A stretch of 64,000 bases of DNA from Acidobacteriaceae bacterium (lineage in GTDB: Bacteria > Acidobacteriota > Terriglobia > Terriglobales > Acidobacteriaceae), in the NCBI GenBank assembly GCA_003160215.1, contig PLQW01000093.1, forward strand, positions 40,540-104,539, in the 5' to 3' direction. The position numbers and the translations under genes are program-made. The notes under the pieces were generated by a model. That model saw only the letters and a program-made list of their open reading frames with translations. It did not search any database and was not told where the DNA came from. This document shows positions 53,826 to 62,917 of this stretch, one piece after another (positions within the stretch are counted from its first letter, which is position 1; every line of letters begins with the position of its first letter).

Positions 53826-55405
53826 ATTTCATCAACAACAACATCCTCACCATCGTTATTTTTCTGCCGCTGGCGGGAGCGATCCTGCTGGTGTTCTTCC
53901 CCCGCCGCCATCGCGATATCCGCTATTTCGCGCTGGCGGTCTCGCTGATTACCCTGCTCGCTTCACTGCATTTGCCGTGGTACCTGGTTCGGGGACAGAG
54001 CGGCTTCCAGTTCGAGCGGAACATCCCATGGATCGCCCACCCCAACATTCATTACCATCTGGGCATTGATGGCATTTCCATGTGGCTGGTCATCCTGACC
54101 ACCTTCCTGATGCCGCTGTGCGTACTCATCTCGTGGAACTCCATCGGCGATCGGGTGAAGGAATTCTTCATCCTGATGCTGGTGCTCGAGAGCGCGATGA
54201 TCGGCGTTTTCGTCGCGCTCGACCTGTTTCTCTTCTACTTCTTCTGGGAAGCCACGCTCATTCCCATGGCGTTGATTATCGGCATGTACGGGCACGGACG
54301 GAAAATCTACGCCTCCGTGAAGTTCTTCCTCTACACCATGATCGCGTCGGTGTTCATGCTGGCGGCAATTCTATGGCTGTATGCGCGCACCGGCAGCTTT
54401 GACTTCGTAACCATCCAGAGCATGATTCAGGGCGGCCAGGTCCCCGGCTTTGGAAACGCAGCGCTCTGGCTGTTCCTCGGCTTCTTTGTGGCCTTCGCGG
54501 TGAAGGTACCGCTCTTCCCGTTACACACCTGGCTGCCCGACGCGCACGTCGAAGCACCCACCGCGGGTTCCGTGCTGCTGGCAGGCGTGCTGTTGAAAAT
54601 GGGCACCTACGGTTTGTTGCGCTTCAACCTTGGGCTCTTCCCCGACCAGGCGCGGCGCAACGCTCCCTGGATTATCGCGCTCGCCATTATCGGCATCATT
54701 TACGGCGCCCTGGTGGCCATGGTTCAGCCCAACATCAAGCGGCTGGTCGCCTACACCTCGGTCAGCCACCTAGGCTTTGTGGTGCTGGGCATCTTCAGCT
54801 TCACCCAACTTGGAATGGATGGCGCCGTATATCAGATGCTGAGCCACGGCATCTCCACCGGCGCGCTGTTCATGTTGCTGGGCATGGTCTACGATCGCCG
54901 CCACACCTACGACATCAACGAATACGGCGGACTGGCCACACCCATGCCGGTGTACGCAACCTTCTTCGCGTTCATCATGCTCTCGTCGGTGGGCTTGCCG
55001 CTGTTGAATGGCTTCATCGGCGAGTTCCTGGTGCTGAGTGGCGCGTTCCAGGCGAGGCAGCTCTATGGCATTCTGGCGGCAACCGGCGTCATCTGGAGCG
55101 CGTGCTATTTGCTGTGGATGTATCAGCGCGTGTTCTACGGAGCCGTCAGCAATCCGGCGAACAATTCGTTGCGCGACCTCGACGCTCGCGAGCGCGTCTC
55201 CTTGTGGCCGCTGGCGATTGCGGCGCTGGTCATGGGAGTTGCGCCCATGCTCTGGCTGCACTCCATTGATCCCGCCGTTGCCGCGACTCTACGGCAATTT
55301 TCCAGCGCTGTCCAGGCGCACGCAGCCCATGCTCCAGGATCGTTGGTACGCGCCGACTTTACGCGTAATGGGATGCAAGCTCTACTGCAGGTGATCGGAC
55401 GATGA
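53822..55405 (+). CDS. nuoM: NADH-quinone oxidoreductase subunit M
   Basis: About 527 aa with FFWEATLIPM, KVPLFPLHTWLPDAHVEAPTAGSVLLAGVLLKMG. ATG 53822 overlaps the nuoL stop (ATGA), and GGAGGGG lies upstream. Confidence 0.95.
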   Translation: MNFINNNILTIVIFLPLAGAILLVFFPRRHRDIRYFALAVSLITLLASLHLPWYLVRGQSGFQFERNIPWIAHPNIHYHLGIDGISMWLVILTTFLMPLCVLISWNSIGDRVKEFFILMLVLESAMIGVFVALDLFLFYFFWEATLIPMALIIGMYGHGRKIYASVKFFLYTMIASVFMLAAILWLYARTGSFDFVTIQSMIQGGQVPGFGNAALWLFLGFFVAFAVKVPLFPLHTWLPDAHVEAPTAGSVLLAGVLLKMGTYGLLRFNLGLFPDQARRNAPWIIALAIIGIIYGALVAMVQPNIKRLVAYTSVSHLGFVVLGIFSFTQLGMDGAVYQMLSHGISTGALFMLLGMVYDRRHTYDINEYGGLATPMPVYATFFAFIMLSSVGLPLLNGFIGEFLVLSGAFQARQLYGILAATGVIWSACYLLWMYQRVFYGAVSNPANNSLRDLDARERVSLWPLAIAALVMGVAPMLWLHSIDPAVAATLRQFSSAVQAHAAHAPGSLVRADFTRNGMQALLQVIGR

Positions 55406-56838
55406 TTCCGGCCGTTGACTACATTCGGATCCTTCCCGAGCTGGTGCTGAGCATCTTCGGCATCATCGTCATGATGGTGGACCCGGTGCTTCCCGAGCAG
55501 GGATCGAAAAAGCCGCTGGGCATCGTGGCGCTGGTGGGCACGCTCGCAGCGCTGGCCGCGACTGCCTACCAGACTGGCTTTTATGGCGAAGCCTTTTATC
55601 ACATGGTCAGGGTCGATACCTTCAGCGTGTTCTTCCATGTGGTAGTGCTGATGATCGCGCTGGTCGTCATCCTTGCCTCGTATGACTACCTCGATGTGCA
55701 GAGCATCCGTGCCGGCGGCGAGTACTACGCTCTGATTCTTTTCGGCACGGTTGGCATGATGCTGATGTCCTCCGCCATCGAACTGGTGCTCATCTTCATC
55801 GCGTTGGAAATTTCTTCGATCTCGACTTACATCCTTGCTGGCATGCGCCGCCGCGCCGCCGAAAGCGCCGAAGCATCGCTGAAGTATTTCCTGCTGGGCT
55901 CCTTTGCCACCGCGTTTTTCCTCTACGGCGTGGCCATGATCTACGGCGCCACTGGGACCACCAACATCTACAACATCGCCAACTATCTGCACACGCAGCA
56001 GTCCACCCTGGCCTATCTCGCGGTGGGGCTGATGTTCGTCGGGCTGGGCTTCAAAGTGGCCTCGGCTCCCTTCCATGTGTGGACGCCCGACGTGTATGAA
56101 GGCTCCCCAGCGCCGGTGGTCGCACTGATGTCCACCGGCCCGAAAGCGGCTGCGTTTGCGGTACTGTTGCGCGTGCTCTTCGCCACGGGCGCGCCCGGCT
56201 GGTTCTGGATGGTCTGGGTGTCGGCGGTGCTCTCCATGACGCTGGGCAACATCGGCGCGCTGGTGCAACAGAACGTCAAGCGCCTGCTGGCTTACTCGTC
56301 GATCGCGCACGCCGGATATCTGCTGGTCGCCTTCGCGGCCGGACGGCAGGTCGGCATCTCTGCCGCCATGTTCTACGCCGCGTCCTACGCGGCGATGAAC
56401 GTCGGCGCGTTTGCCGTGGTCAGCCATTTCGCGTCCGCCGGCGAGAAGTACGTCACTCTCGACGACTACGCCGGATTAGGACGCCGCTCGCCCGTGCTTG
56501 CCGCCATCCTCACCATCTTTCTGCTTTCGCTGATTGGCATTCCCGTCACCGGCGGCTTTTTCGCCAAGTTCTACGTCTTCTCCGCCGCACTGCAATCGAA
56601 CCTGGTCTGGCTCACGATTATTGGCGTCATCAACAGCGCAATTGCTGCTTACTATTACCTGCGCATCATCGTCTATATGTACATGCGCGATGAGCGGAGT
56701 GAAGCTCCGGTAGCGCGCATCCCAGTGGGACTGGGGATTGGGTTGGCGATCAGCCTGGTCGCTACCATCTACCTCGGCGTGCTGCCCGGACGAGTGCTCG
56801 AATACGCAATTCAGGGTGCGCAGGATCTGTTGAAGTAG
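55402..56838 (+). CDS. nuoN: NADH-quinone oxidoreductase subunit N
   Basis: 478 aa with ALEISSISTYIL, GFKVASAPFHVWTPDVYEGSPAPV. The start overlaps the nuoM stop (ATGA). Confidence 0.95.
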   Translation: MIPAVDYIRILPELVLSIFGIIVMMVDPVLPEQGSKKPLGIVALVGTLAALAATAYQTGFYGEAFYHMVRVDTFSVFFHVVVLMIALVVILASYDYLDVQSIRAGGEYYALILFGTVGMMLMSSAIELVLIFIALEISSISTYILAGMRRRAAESAEASLKYFLLGSFATAFFLYGVAMIYGATGTTNIYNIANYLHTQQSTLAYLAVGLMFVGLGFKVASAPFHVWTPDVYEGSPAPVVALMSTGPKAAAFAVLLRVLFATGAPGWFWMVWVSAVLSMTLGNIGALVQQNVKRLLAYSSIAHAGYLLVAFAAGRQVGISAAMFYAASYAAMNVGAFAVVSHFASAGEKYVTLDDYAGLGRRSPVLAAILTIFLLSLIGIPVTGGFFAKFYVFSAALQSNLVWLTIIGVINSAIAAYYYLRIIVYMYMRDERSEAPVARIPVGLGIGLAISLVATIYLGVLPGRVLEYAIQGAQDLLK

Positions 56839-57062
56839 GCGTGGTAGTGCGGGTCAGCATTCGCCATCTTTGAGTTGTCATCCCGAACGGCCTTTGGCTG
56901 TGAGGGATCTGCTGTTTTTCCCCCAGCCACAGTTCCAGGACGCAAACAACAGCAGATTCCTCGCTGCGCTCGTAATGACAGTTCCACAGGCGAACCGTCA
57001 ATTCCAATAAACAAAACACCCCATCCGAAGACAGGGCGTTGCGATGCCGTCGAAGGCGAAAA

Positions 57063-57374
57063 CTAGACGACCTTGACGAAGATAATCACCAGGGTGAACA
57101 GCACCAGCGACTCGATGAAGGCGAGGCCCAGAATCAGGGCGAGTTGGACTGCTGGCCGGGCAGCAGGATTTCGCGCCATCGCTTCGCAGGCGGCGGCGCC
57201 CACTCGGCCCTGGCCGAGTGCGGCCAGTCCGGCGGCAATGGCCATGCCGAACCCGGAGGCTATGGGGACCCAATTGGTCGCCGGAGCAGCGGCGCTTCCG
57301 CCCTGCGCGTACGCTGGCATGGCCATTAGCATCATGGCTCCCAGCGAAAACAATACCGTCGTCAGTTTCTTCAT
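57063..57374 (-). CDS. atpE: F-type ATP synthase Fo subunit c, with a signal-peptide-like N-terminal extension
   Basis: ATG 57374 (MKKLTTVLFSLGAMMLMAMPAYAQGG...) with GGAG upstream. The core is helix 1 (GFGMAIAAGLAALGQGRVGAAACEAMARNP), an RNP loop and helix 2 (LGLAFIESLVLF) carrying the carboxylate. The track start at 57476 would translate the repeat array. Confidence 0.88.
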   Translation of the reverse strand: MKKLTTVLFSLGAMMLMAMPAYAQGGSAAAPATNWVPIASGFGMAIAAGLAALGQGRVGAAACEAMARNPAARPAVQLALILGLAFIESLVLFTLVIIFVKVV

Positions 57375-57455
57375 TTCTTTCTCCTTATGAATCGCTGCCA
57401 GTGGGTGGTTGACGTTCACCGTGCTGACGCCCTCACGCTGGCAGCAAACTTGTAA

Positions 57456-57612
57456 ATAGCAGTTAGCAGTTAGCAATTAGCTCTTGGCCTTTGGCGATTT
57501 GATCGCGCTTGCTGGAAGCGCCAGCCCGCTTCTTCGATCCCTTTACCATCAGAACGCCCTGGCATTCGCCCGTCAAGACTAAGCTAACTGCTAATTGCTA
57601 GTTGCTAATTGC
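57456..57612. repeat. hairpin cassette between atpB and atpE
   Basis: The left array (agcagtt agcagtt agcaatt agctctt ggccttt ggcg) is at 57456..57496. The right array (ctaagct aactgct aattgct agttgct aattgc) is at 57579..57612. The gcaatta-type parts are reverse complements. Confidence 0.85.
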
Positions 57613-57616
57613 TTCT

Positions 57617-58348
57617 TCAATGCTCGTGCGCCACCGCCTCTCCGATGTACACCGTCGCCAGCAGCACGAAAATATAGGTCTGAATAACCGATACGCCAAT
57701 GTGCAGCAGGATGAACACCACCGGGAGAGCCAGCGGAACCAACGAGAAGAACACGAGGGTCACCAGATCGCTGGCGAACATATTGGCGTAAAGACGTATG
57801 GTGAGCGAGAGAATTCGCGCCAGATGGCTGAAGATCTCAATGGGAAACAATAGGATCGCCAGCCACGGTTCTGGACCCATAAAATTCTTCACGTAGCCGA
57901 AACCGTTCGCGCGCACGCCCTGGAAGTGATAATAGAACCAGGTGACCAGCGCGCAACCCAGCGGCACCGATGGAATCGCGGTCGGCGATTCAAACCCGGG
58001 TACGATACCCACCAGACAACCCAACAGAATGAAGATACCCAGGACAGTCAAATAGCCTACGTATCGCTCGTATCCGTGGCCGATCACTTCGTGGCTCTGC
58101 TTGGTGACAAAGGAATCGACCTCCTCCATCAGGTGCTGCATTTTTCCCGGATCGTCCACCGACAGGCATGCCCGTACGATCGCGAAAAATAGCAGGATCA
58201 GTACAAACACCACCAACTGCATCGCCACATAATTGGGAATGGGCGCTCGGGGATAGGCGGCGTGCAGATGAAAGATGCCCAGGATCGCATTCGCCAAGCC
58301 GGCGAAGTATTTATTCAGAAGGGCCGTTATCCAAAGTTGCTCAGGCAT
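57617..58348 (-). CDS. atpB: F-type ATP synthase Fo subunit a
   Basis: 243 aa, 5-6 TM helices, with the essential-Arg motif LSLTIRLYANMFASDLV. Confidence 0.93.
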   Translation of the reverse strand: MPEQLWITALLNKYFAGLANAILGIFHLHAAYPRAPIPNYVAMQLVVFVLILLFFAIVRACLSVDDPGKMQHLMEEVDSFVTKQSHEVIGHGYERYVGYLTVLGIFILLGCLVGIVPGFESPTAIPSVPLGCALVTWFYYHFQGVRANGFGYVKNFMGPEPWLAILLFPIEIFSHLARILSLTIRLYANMFASDLVTLVFFSLVPLALPVVFILLHIGVSVIQTYIFVLLATVYIGEAVAHEH

Positions 58349-58448
58349 GAAGGCTTGCTCGTAGAAAGACCGGATCTAGTAATGCGATTACCGCTGGTTG
58401 ACGCACACCCGGTGTCAGCCGGTACGCGCGTCAAAGGTATTTGGGAAA

Positions 58449-58871
58449 TCAGAGTCCGCGCCGCAGCGTAACAAATATTTCCACTGCGACTTCGCAGGCC
58501 ACGGCTGCGATCGGAAGACACACGCCCCCAAGGAAGCCGTAAAGACCCGTGAGAGAAACATTAAATATAACATAGGCCCCGATGGCGATGAAGGCATATC
58601 GCAGCCCAGCGCGTAAGACGATTCCACCGCCTCGCTCCTTGCTCTCGCCGGTGGTAATGCGCTCTCCCAATGCGTCCACCGCTCGCTCTAGCCAGCGATG
58701 GTTGACGTAGGAGACAATCGCTCCAGCCAGAAATCCCGCAGCCACCGGCCAGCGAAAGAAAACCAGGCACACCACCAAGCCTGCGGCCGACACCGCGACC
58801 AGGTACTTGCGGATACGCTTCAGCGCACCGCCATAAAATTCGTCCGCTGCCGAGGAAGTGGGTTCGGGCAT
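58449..58871 (-). CDS. atpI: ATP synthase protein I (AtpI-like)
   Basis: About 140 aa, 4 TM helices, positioned directly upstream of atpB. ATG 58871 (MPEPTSS...) is preferred over the track start at 58928. The call rests on position and topology only. Confidence 0.6.
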   Translation of the reverse strand: MPEPTSSAADEFYGGALKRIRKYLVAVSAAGLVVCLVFFRWPVAAGFLAGAIVSYVNHRWLERAVDALGERITTGESKERGGGIVLRAGLRYAFIAIGAYVIFNVSLTGLYGFLGGVCLPIAAVACEVAVEIFVTLRRGL

Positions 58872-58923
58872 CGTAGTGGGCACAGACCAATGTACCCCGG
58901 AGACCGCTCGCAGAAAATCATTT

Positions 58924-58995
58924 ACCACGGAGACACGGAGGGCACGGAGTTTTCGTTTTCATTGAGGTTCTCCGTGATCTCCGTCCCTCCGTGGT
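58924..58995. repeat. hairpin of CACGGAG-type words between atpZ and atpI
   Basis: accacggagacacggagggcacggag and ctccgtgatctccgtccctccgtggt pair at about 22 of 26 positions with a ~20-nt loop. A perfect CATGGGCC-gca-GGCCCATG hairpin follows at 59013..59031. Confidence 0.85.
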
Positions 58996-59088
58996 TGATC
59001 TTCATTCCTGTGCATGGGCCGCAGGCCCATGTGACACTCAGGACTGTAACTGACCCCGCAGTTATCGCAGCTGCGGAGCCAGCCGTCG

Positions 59089-59316
59089 CTATTCTTTCTG
59101 CTTACTTACCATCCGAATCATCTGCACAAACCCTAAGACGGACCCCACGATAACTCCGGCGATAGACAGCCAATGGGTGTGCAGCCAGTAATCCAGCAGT
59201 TTGCCAATCAGTAATCCAACCACCACCGCGGCCGGAATGATGAAGGCGATCTCCGAATAGCGTGCCCACAGGATGGCGGCGCTTTGTATTTTGTCGTCCC
59301 GGTGCTCATCAGCCAT
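59089..59316 (-). CDS. AtpZ/AtpR-like small membrane protein (putative FoF1-ATPase-associated subunit)
   Basis: 75 aa, 2 TM helices. YSEIAFIIPAAVVVGLLIGKLLDYWLHTHWLSIAGVIVGSVLGFVQMIRMV matches my memory of the ATPase_gene1 family pattern. It is the first gene of the atp fragment. Confidence 0.68.
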   Translation of the reverse strand: MADEHRDDKIQSAAILWARYSEIAFIIPAAVVVGLLIGKLLDYWLHTHWLSIAGVIVGSVLGFVQMIRMVSKQKE

Positions 59317-59522
59317 GAAGAGAGGCTACCATCTGCGGTCAACCGCTGGAACCGGTTCCCCGGCGCGATCGCAAAAGCGGCCGGATCGGCGGTCGGATCG
59401 AGCGACTTGCGCGAGTGCGAATCAGGAGCCCGGCGCTCCCAAATGCGACCAAATTGGAACCACCTGGTGAATTCCCCATACTCGTTGTTTGACCGCAGAT
59501 GCAGCAGACGTTATGATCGAAA

Positions 59523-59599
<77 letters not shown>

Positions 59600-59837
59600 A
59601 CGCAATCATAGAGTTGCGGTGATCGCTTCCAACGAACTTGGGTTTGTTTGGGTGCTGTATCACTGGATATTACCCAAAACCGCCGTGGCTACGCGCCCGG
59701 CGGTTTCTCTTTTCTCCCGTCCAACCGTTCCCGTGTAATATCCATCGTGGTCGTAATACTGGCGTGGCCCATGAGTTCCTGAAGCCACCCCCATTGCAGG
59801 TCGAGGATTTCTCCGACACGCGGCCCCAGGCAGGCCT

Positions 59838-60911
59838 TCACCGCCTGATGGTCTGAATCTCTGCCGTTCGCGGGCCAAGAAAATACTTGCTCTGGAAGTA
59901 GAGCGCGACGTTCACTAGGGCAAGCATAACGGGCACTTCCACCAGTGGCCCGATGACTGCGGCGAAAGCAACTCCGGAGTTAATGCCAAACACGGACACC
60001 GCCACTGCAATGGCCAGCTCAAAGTTGTTCGATGCCGCCGTAAATGACAGAGTCGTCGTCTTCGAATAGTCCGCCCCAAGCTTCCGCCCCATGTAGAACG
60101 ACACGAGAAACATCGTCACGAAGTAAATCAACAGCGGAACCGCGATTCGCAGCACATCCAGGGGCAAGCGCACGATGTACTCGCCCTTCAGCGAGAACAT
60201 AATGACGATGGTGAACAGGAGCGCGATCAGAGTGAGCGGGCTGACGCGCGGCACGAAGTTATGGTCGTACCACCCTCGCCCCTTAATTCGCATCAGCACC
60301 GTGCGGGTCAGAAGACCCGCCAGAAACGGGACGCCGAGGTAAAGGAAAACACTCTTCGCGATTTGCCCAATGGAGACATTAACCACCGTGCTGTGCAGGC
60401 CGAGTTTGGCCGGCAGCACCGTGATGAAAATCCACGCATATATCGAATACAGGAACACTTGGAACAATGAGTTGAATGCCACCAGTCCCGCGGCATAGTC
60501 GGTGTCGCCCCGTGCCAGCTCGTTCCACACGATGACCATGGCGATACACCGCGCGAGGCCGATCAGGATCAGCCCTGTCATGTATTCGGGATACCCGCGC
60601 AGGAAGACGATCGCGAGAACGAACATGAGCACCGGCCCGACCAGCCAGTTCTGTATCAGAGACAGTCCCAATACCCGCTTGTTCCGAAAAACCTCCGGCA
60701 GCTCTTCGTACCGGACTTTCGTGAAAGGCGGATACATCATCACGATTAATCCAACCGCGATCGGTATGGAAGTGGTGCCGATGCTGAATCGATTGAGGAA
60801 GGGCACGATGCCGGGCACGAGCCACCCGGACAACACCCCGACCACCATGGCCCCGAAAATCCAGGCAGTCAGGTATCGGTCCAGAAAACTGAGTCGGCTG
60901 GTTGTGCCCAT
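59838..60911 (-). CDS. acr3: arsenite efflux permease ACR3
   Basis: ATG 60911 ([25 protein letters not shown]...) with GGAGG upstream. About 358 aa with 10 TM helices, and [14 protein letters not shown] is typical of ACR3. The track frame extends to 61118 across arsC. Confidence 0.93.
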   Translation of the reverse strand: MGTTSRLSFLDRYLTAWIFGAMVVGVLSGWLVPGIVPFLNRFSIGTTSIPIAVGLIVMMYPPFTKVRYEELPEVFRNKRVLGLSLIQNWLVGPVLMFVLAIVFLRGYPEYMTGLILIGLARCIAMVIVWNELARGDTDYAAGLVAFNSLFQVFLYSIYAWIFITVLPAKLGLHSTVVNVSIGQIAKSVFLYLGVPFLAGLLTRTVLMRIKGRGWYDHNFVPRVSPLTLIALLFTIVIMFSLKGEYIVRLPLDVLRIAVPLLIYFVTMFLVSFYMGRKLGADYSKTTTLSFTAASNNFELAIAVAVSVFGINSGVAFAAVIGPLVEVPVMLALVNVALYFQSKYFLGPRTAEIQTIRR

Positions 60912-60943
60912 CGGTAAACCTCCAGTCTGGCTGCTCGCCGTGA

Positions 60944-61435
60944 TTACTGCTGCCCGATGCGGTCGATCTCTTTCTTGAGGGCCAGTTTGTCGAGCGTAGA
61001 AAGTGGCAACGCCAGGAAGAGACTGATCCGGCGGTCGAGCGATACGAACGCCTCGCGAAAGGCGCGCTCGATCTCGTCGGGAGTACCGGTTGCGGCGGCA
61101 GGATCGGCAATGCCCCAATGCGCGGTCATGGGCTGGCCCGGCCAGATCGGACAGGCTTCCTTCGCAGCGTTGTCACAGACCGTGAATACGAAATGCAGCT
61201 CCGGTGCACCGGGCTTGGCGAACTCCTCCCAGCTCTTGCTGCGCAAGCCCTCGACCGGCAGGTGAGCGAGTTGGATCTGCTTCAGCGCCTCCGGTCGAAC
61301 CGTGCCTGAGGGATGGCTGCCCGCGCTGTAAGCGGTAAAGTTCGGCTTGCCTTTGTAGTTCAGGATCGCCTCGGCCATGATCGAGCGCGCCGAGTTCCCG
61401 GTGCATAAGAAGAGTACGTTGTAATGCGTTGGCAT
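60944..61435 (-). CDS. arsC: arsenate reductase, LMW-PTPase (thioredoxin-coupled) type
   Basis: ATG 61435 ([22 protein letters not shown]) carries the CX5R(S) P-loop, with downstream Cys residues ([11 protein letters not shown]). Confidence 0.92.
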   Translation of the reverse strand: MPTHYNVLFLCTGNSARSIMAEAILNYKGKPNFTAYSAGSHPSGTVRPEALKQIQLAHLPVEGLRSKSWEEFAKPGAPELHFVFTVCDNAAKEACPIWPGQPMTAHWGIADPAAATGTPDEIERAFREAFVSLDRRISLFLALPLSTLDKLALKKEIDRIGQQ

Positions 61436-61440
61436 CGCAC

Positions 61441-62310
61441 TCACCCTTTCGCGACTTCGGCGGGCGCACAGCAGCTCGGACCGCAACCCGCCGCTTGCGG
61501 TTTTCTTGCTCTCACAAAAGCGCTCATGAATTTGCCTTCGATCTGCGAAGCGATCGCATCTACATCGACGCCTTCGCTGGTGAGAAAGGCGCGCGCATCT
61601 TCGACGTTGTAAACCCTTGTCGGCTCGATTGCGACGGACTCAAATCCGGCTGCCGTAAGCGTGGAGACATACTCCGTGTCCTTCAGCGCACCTGCAATGC
61701 AGCCCACCCATAACAACACGTTCTTGCGAATTTCTTCGGGTACATCTCCGCGCACCACAACGTCTGAAACCGCAAACCGGCCGCCGGGTTTCAAGACGCG
61801 GAATGCCTCTCGTAAAACCCGGCTCTTGTCAGCCGATAGGTTGATGACACAGTTGGAGATGATGACGTCGACCGAATTGTCCGGCAGAGGAATGTTCTCG
61901 ATCTCGCCTTTCAGGAATTCGACATTGTCAATGCCCGCCTTGCGTTGATTCTCGCGCGCCAGTGCCAGCATTTCGTCCGTCATGTCGAGCCCGTATGCCT
62001 TGCCTGAAGGCCCGAGGCGTTTTGCGGAGAGCAGCACGTCGATGCCCCCGCCTGAACCGAGGTCCAGCACGGTTTCGCCCGGATTTAGCTGGGCGAGCGC
62101 CGTTGGATTGCCGCATCCCAGCGATGCCCTTAGCGCCTCTTCGGGAATCTGGTGCGCCTGGTCGGCGTCATATAGGTCCGAGGTGATCGGGTCGCAACCC
62201 CCTTCAACGGCTGCGGATGCTCCACAGCAGGAACTGCCTCCCGTATGGACACGAAGGGCAGCTTGGCCGTATTTTTCTCGGACGGCTTCCTTGATGTTTT
62301 CCGCGCTCAT
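61441..62310 (-). CDS. arsM: arsenite S-adenosylmethionine methyltransferase
   Basis: 289 aa with the SAM motif [11 protein letters not shown] plus the conserved Cys set ([28 protein letters not shown]). Confidence 0.9.
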   Translation of the reverse strand: MSAENIKEAVREKYGQAALRVHTGGSSCCGASAAVEGGCDPITSDLYDADQAHQIPEEALRASLGCGNPTALAQLNPGETVLDLGSGGGIDVLLSAKRLGPSGKAYGLDMTDEMLALARENQRKAGIDNVEFLKGEIENIPLPDNSVDVIISNCVINLSADKSRVLREAFRVLKPGGRFAVSDVVVRGDVPEEIRKNVLLWVGCIAGALKDTEYVSTLTAAGFESVAIEPTRVYNVEDARAFLTSEGVDVDAIASQIEGKFMSAFVRARKPQAAGCGPSCCAPAEVAKG

Positions 62311-62319
62311 AGAATTCTC

Positions 62320-62667
62320 CTATTTGCAGATCGTGGTTATTCGTTCGGGTTTTACTGCCTTGTTCCGAGTGCAGCATTCGGCGTAAAGGAAACCGAGCAG
62401 CTCTTCCAGCGACTCGGTACTCGCTGTGTACCAGAGGAATGTCCCGTCGCGCCGCACCTTAACCAGGTCCTCGTTCCTCAACTTGTCGAGGTGATGCGAT
62501 AGCGTGGAGCTTGGAATATCTAGTTCGCTGCCGATGTCGCCGACAACCATGCCCTCGGGATGGGCCGAGAGAAGCAATTGCATGATGCGCAGCCGTGGTT
62601 CTGTGCCCATCGCGGCGAGCATATCGGCATATCGCACGATTTGTTCCGGATCGGACTTCTTTGCCAT
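62320..62667 (-). CDS. arsR: ArsR/SmtB-family metalloregulator
   Basis: The winged HTH is RLRIMQLLLS...VGDIGSELDIPSSTLSHHLDKLRNEDLV. The C-terminal Cys residues are AECC....ICK. ATG 62667 is preferred (purine-rich GAAAGAGAGAG upstream); ATG 62682 is the alternative. The track frame extends to 62850. Confidence 0.88.
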   Translation of the reverse strand: MAKKSDPEQIVRYADMLAAMGTEPRLRIMQLLLSAHPEGMVVGDIGSELDIPSSTLSHHLDKLRNEDLVKVRRDGTFLWYTASTESLEELLGFLYAECCTRNKAVKPERITTICK

Positions 62668-62687
62668 CGCTCTCTCTTTCATATTTC

Positions 62688-62718
62688 TATTTCTATAGAA
62701 ATATCGAAAGATTGTCAA
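62688..62718 (-). promoter_or_regulatory. ars promoter with overlapping palindromic operator
   Basis: The minus strand reads TTGACA, 17-nt spacer, TAGAAA. The perfect 16-bp palindrome TATTTCTATAGAAATA (62688..62703) covers the spacer end and the -10 element. Confidence 0.6.
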
Positions 62719-62840
62719 GCTGCCGGGCGCGAGATGTGGATGGCCGAAGAATATTTTCACCGGAGAATCTGTGCGGACGGGAACCCGATCAACGGCGATG
62801 ACGTCGATTTCAAGAAAGACTACCGGCTGCCGGGAAGGTA

Positions 62841-62872
62841 GAAAGGCCAACCACTTTCATGGCTGGCCTTTC
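62841..62872 (-). terminator. stem-loop after the BNR-like gene
   Basis: GAAAGGCCA...TGGCCTTTC forms a 9-bp stem about 45 nt after the stop at 62918. No clear U-tract follows. Confidence 0.4.
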
Positions 62873-62917
62873 GTCAAGTACGGCTGTGCAGGTGTTCCCA
62901 TGGCGCCGCGCACGGAA

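Noticed and set aside
57063-57374. Na+-specific c subunit (Q in helix 1 and an E-S pair in helix 2)
   Set aside because: Only Q..ES is present (LGQG, FIESLVLF). The T and Y positions of the full Na+ signature (ESTxxY) are L and F, so proton coupling remains the default reading.
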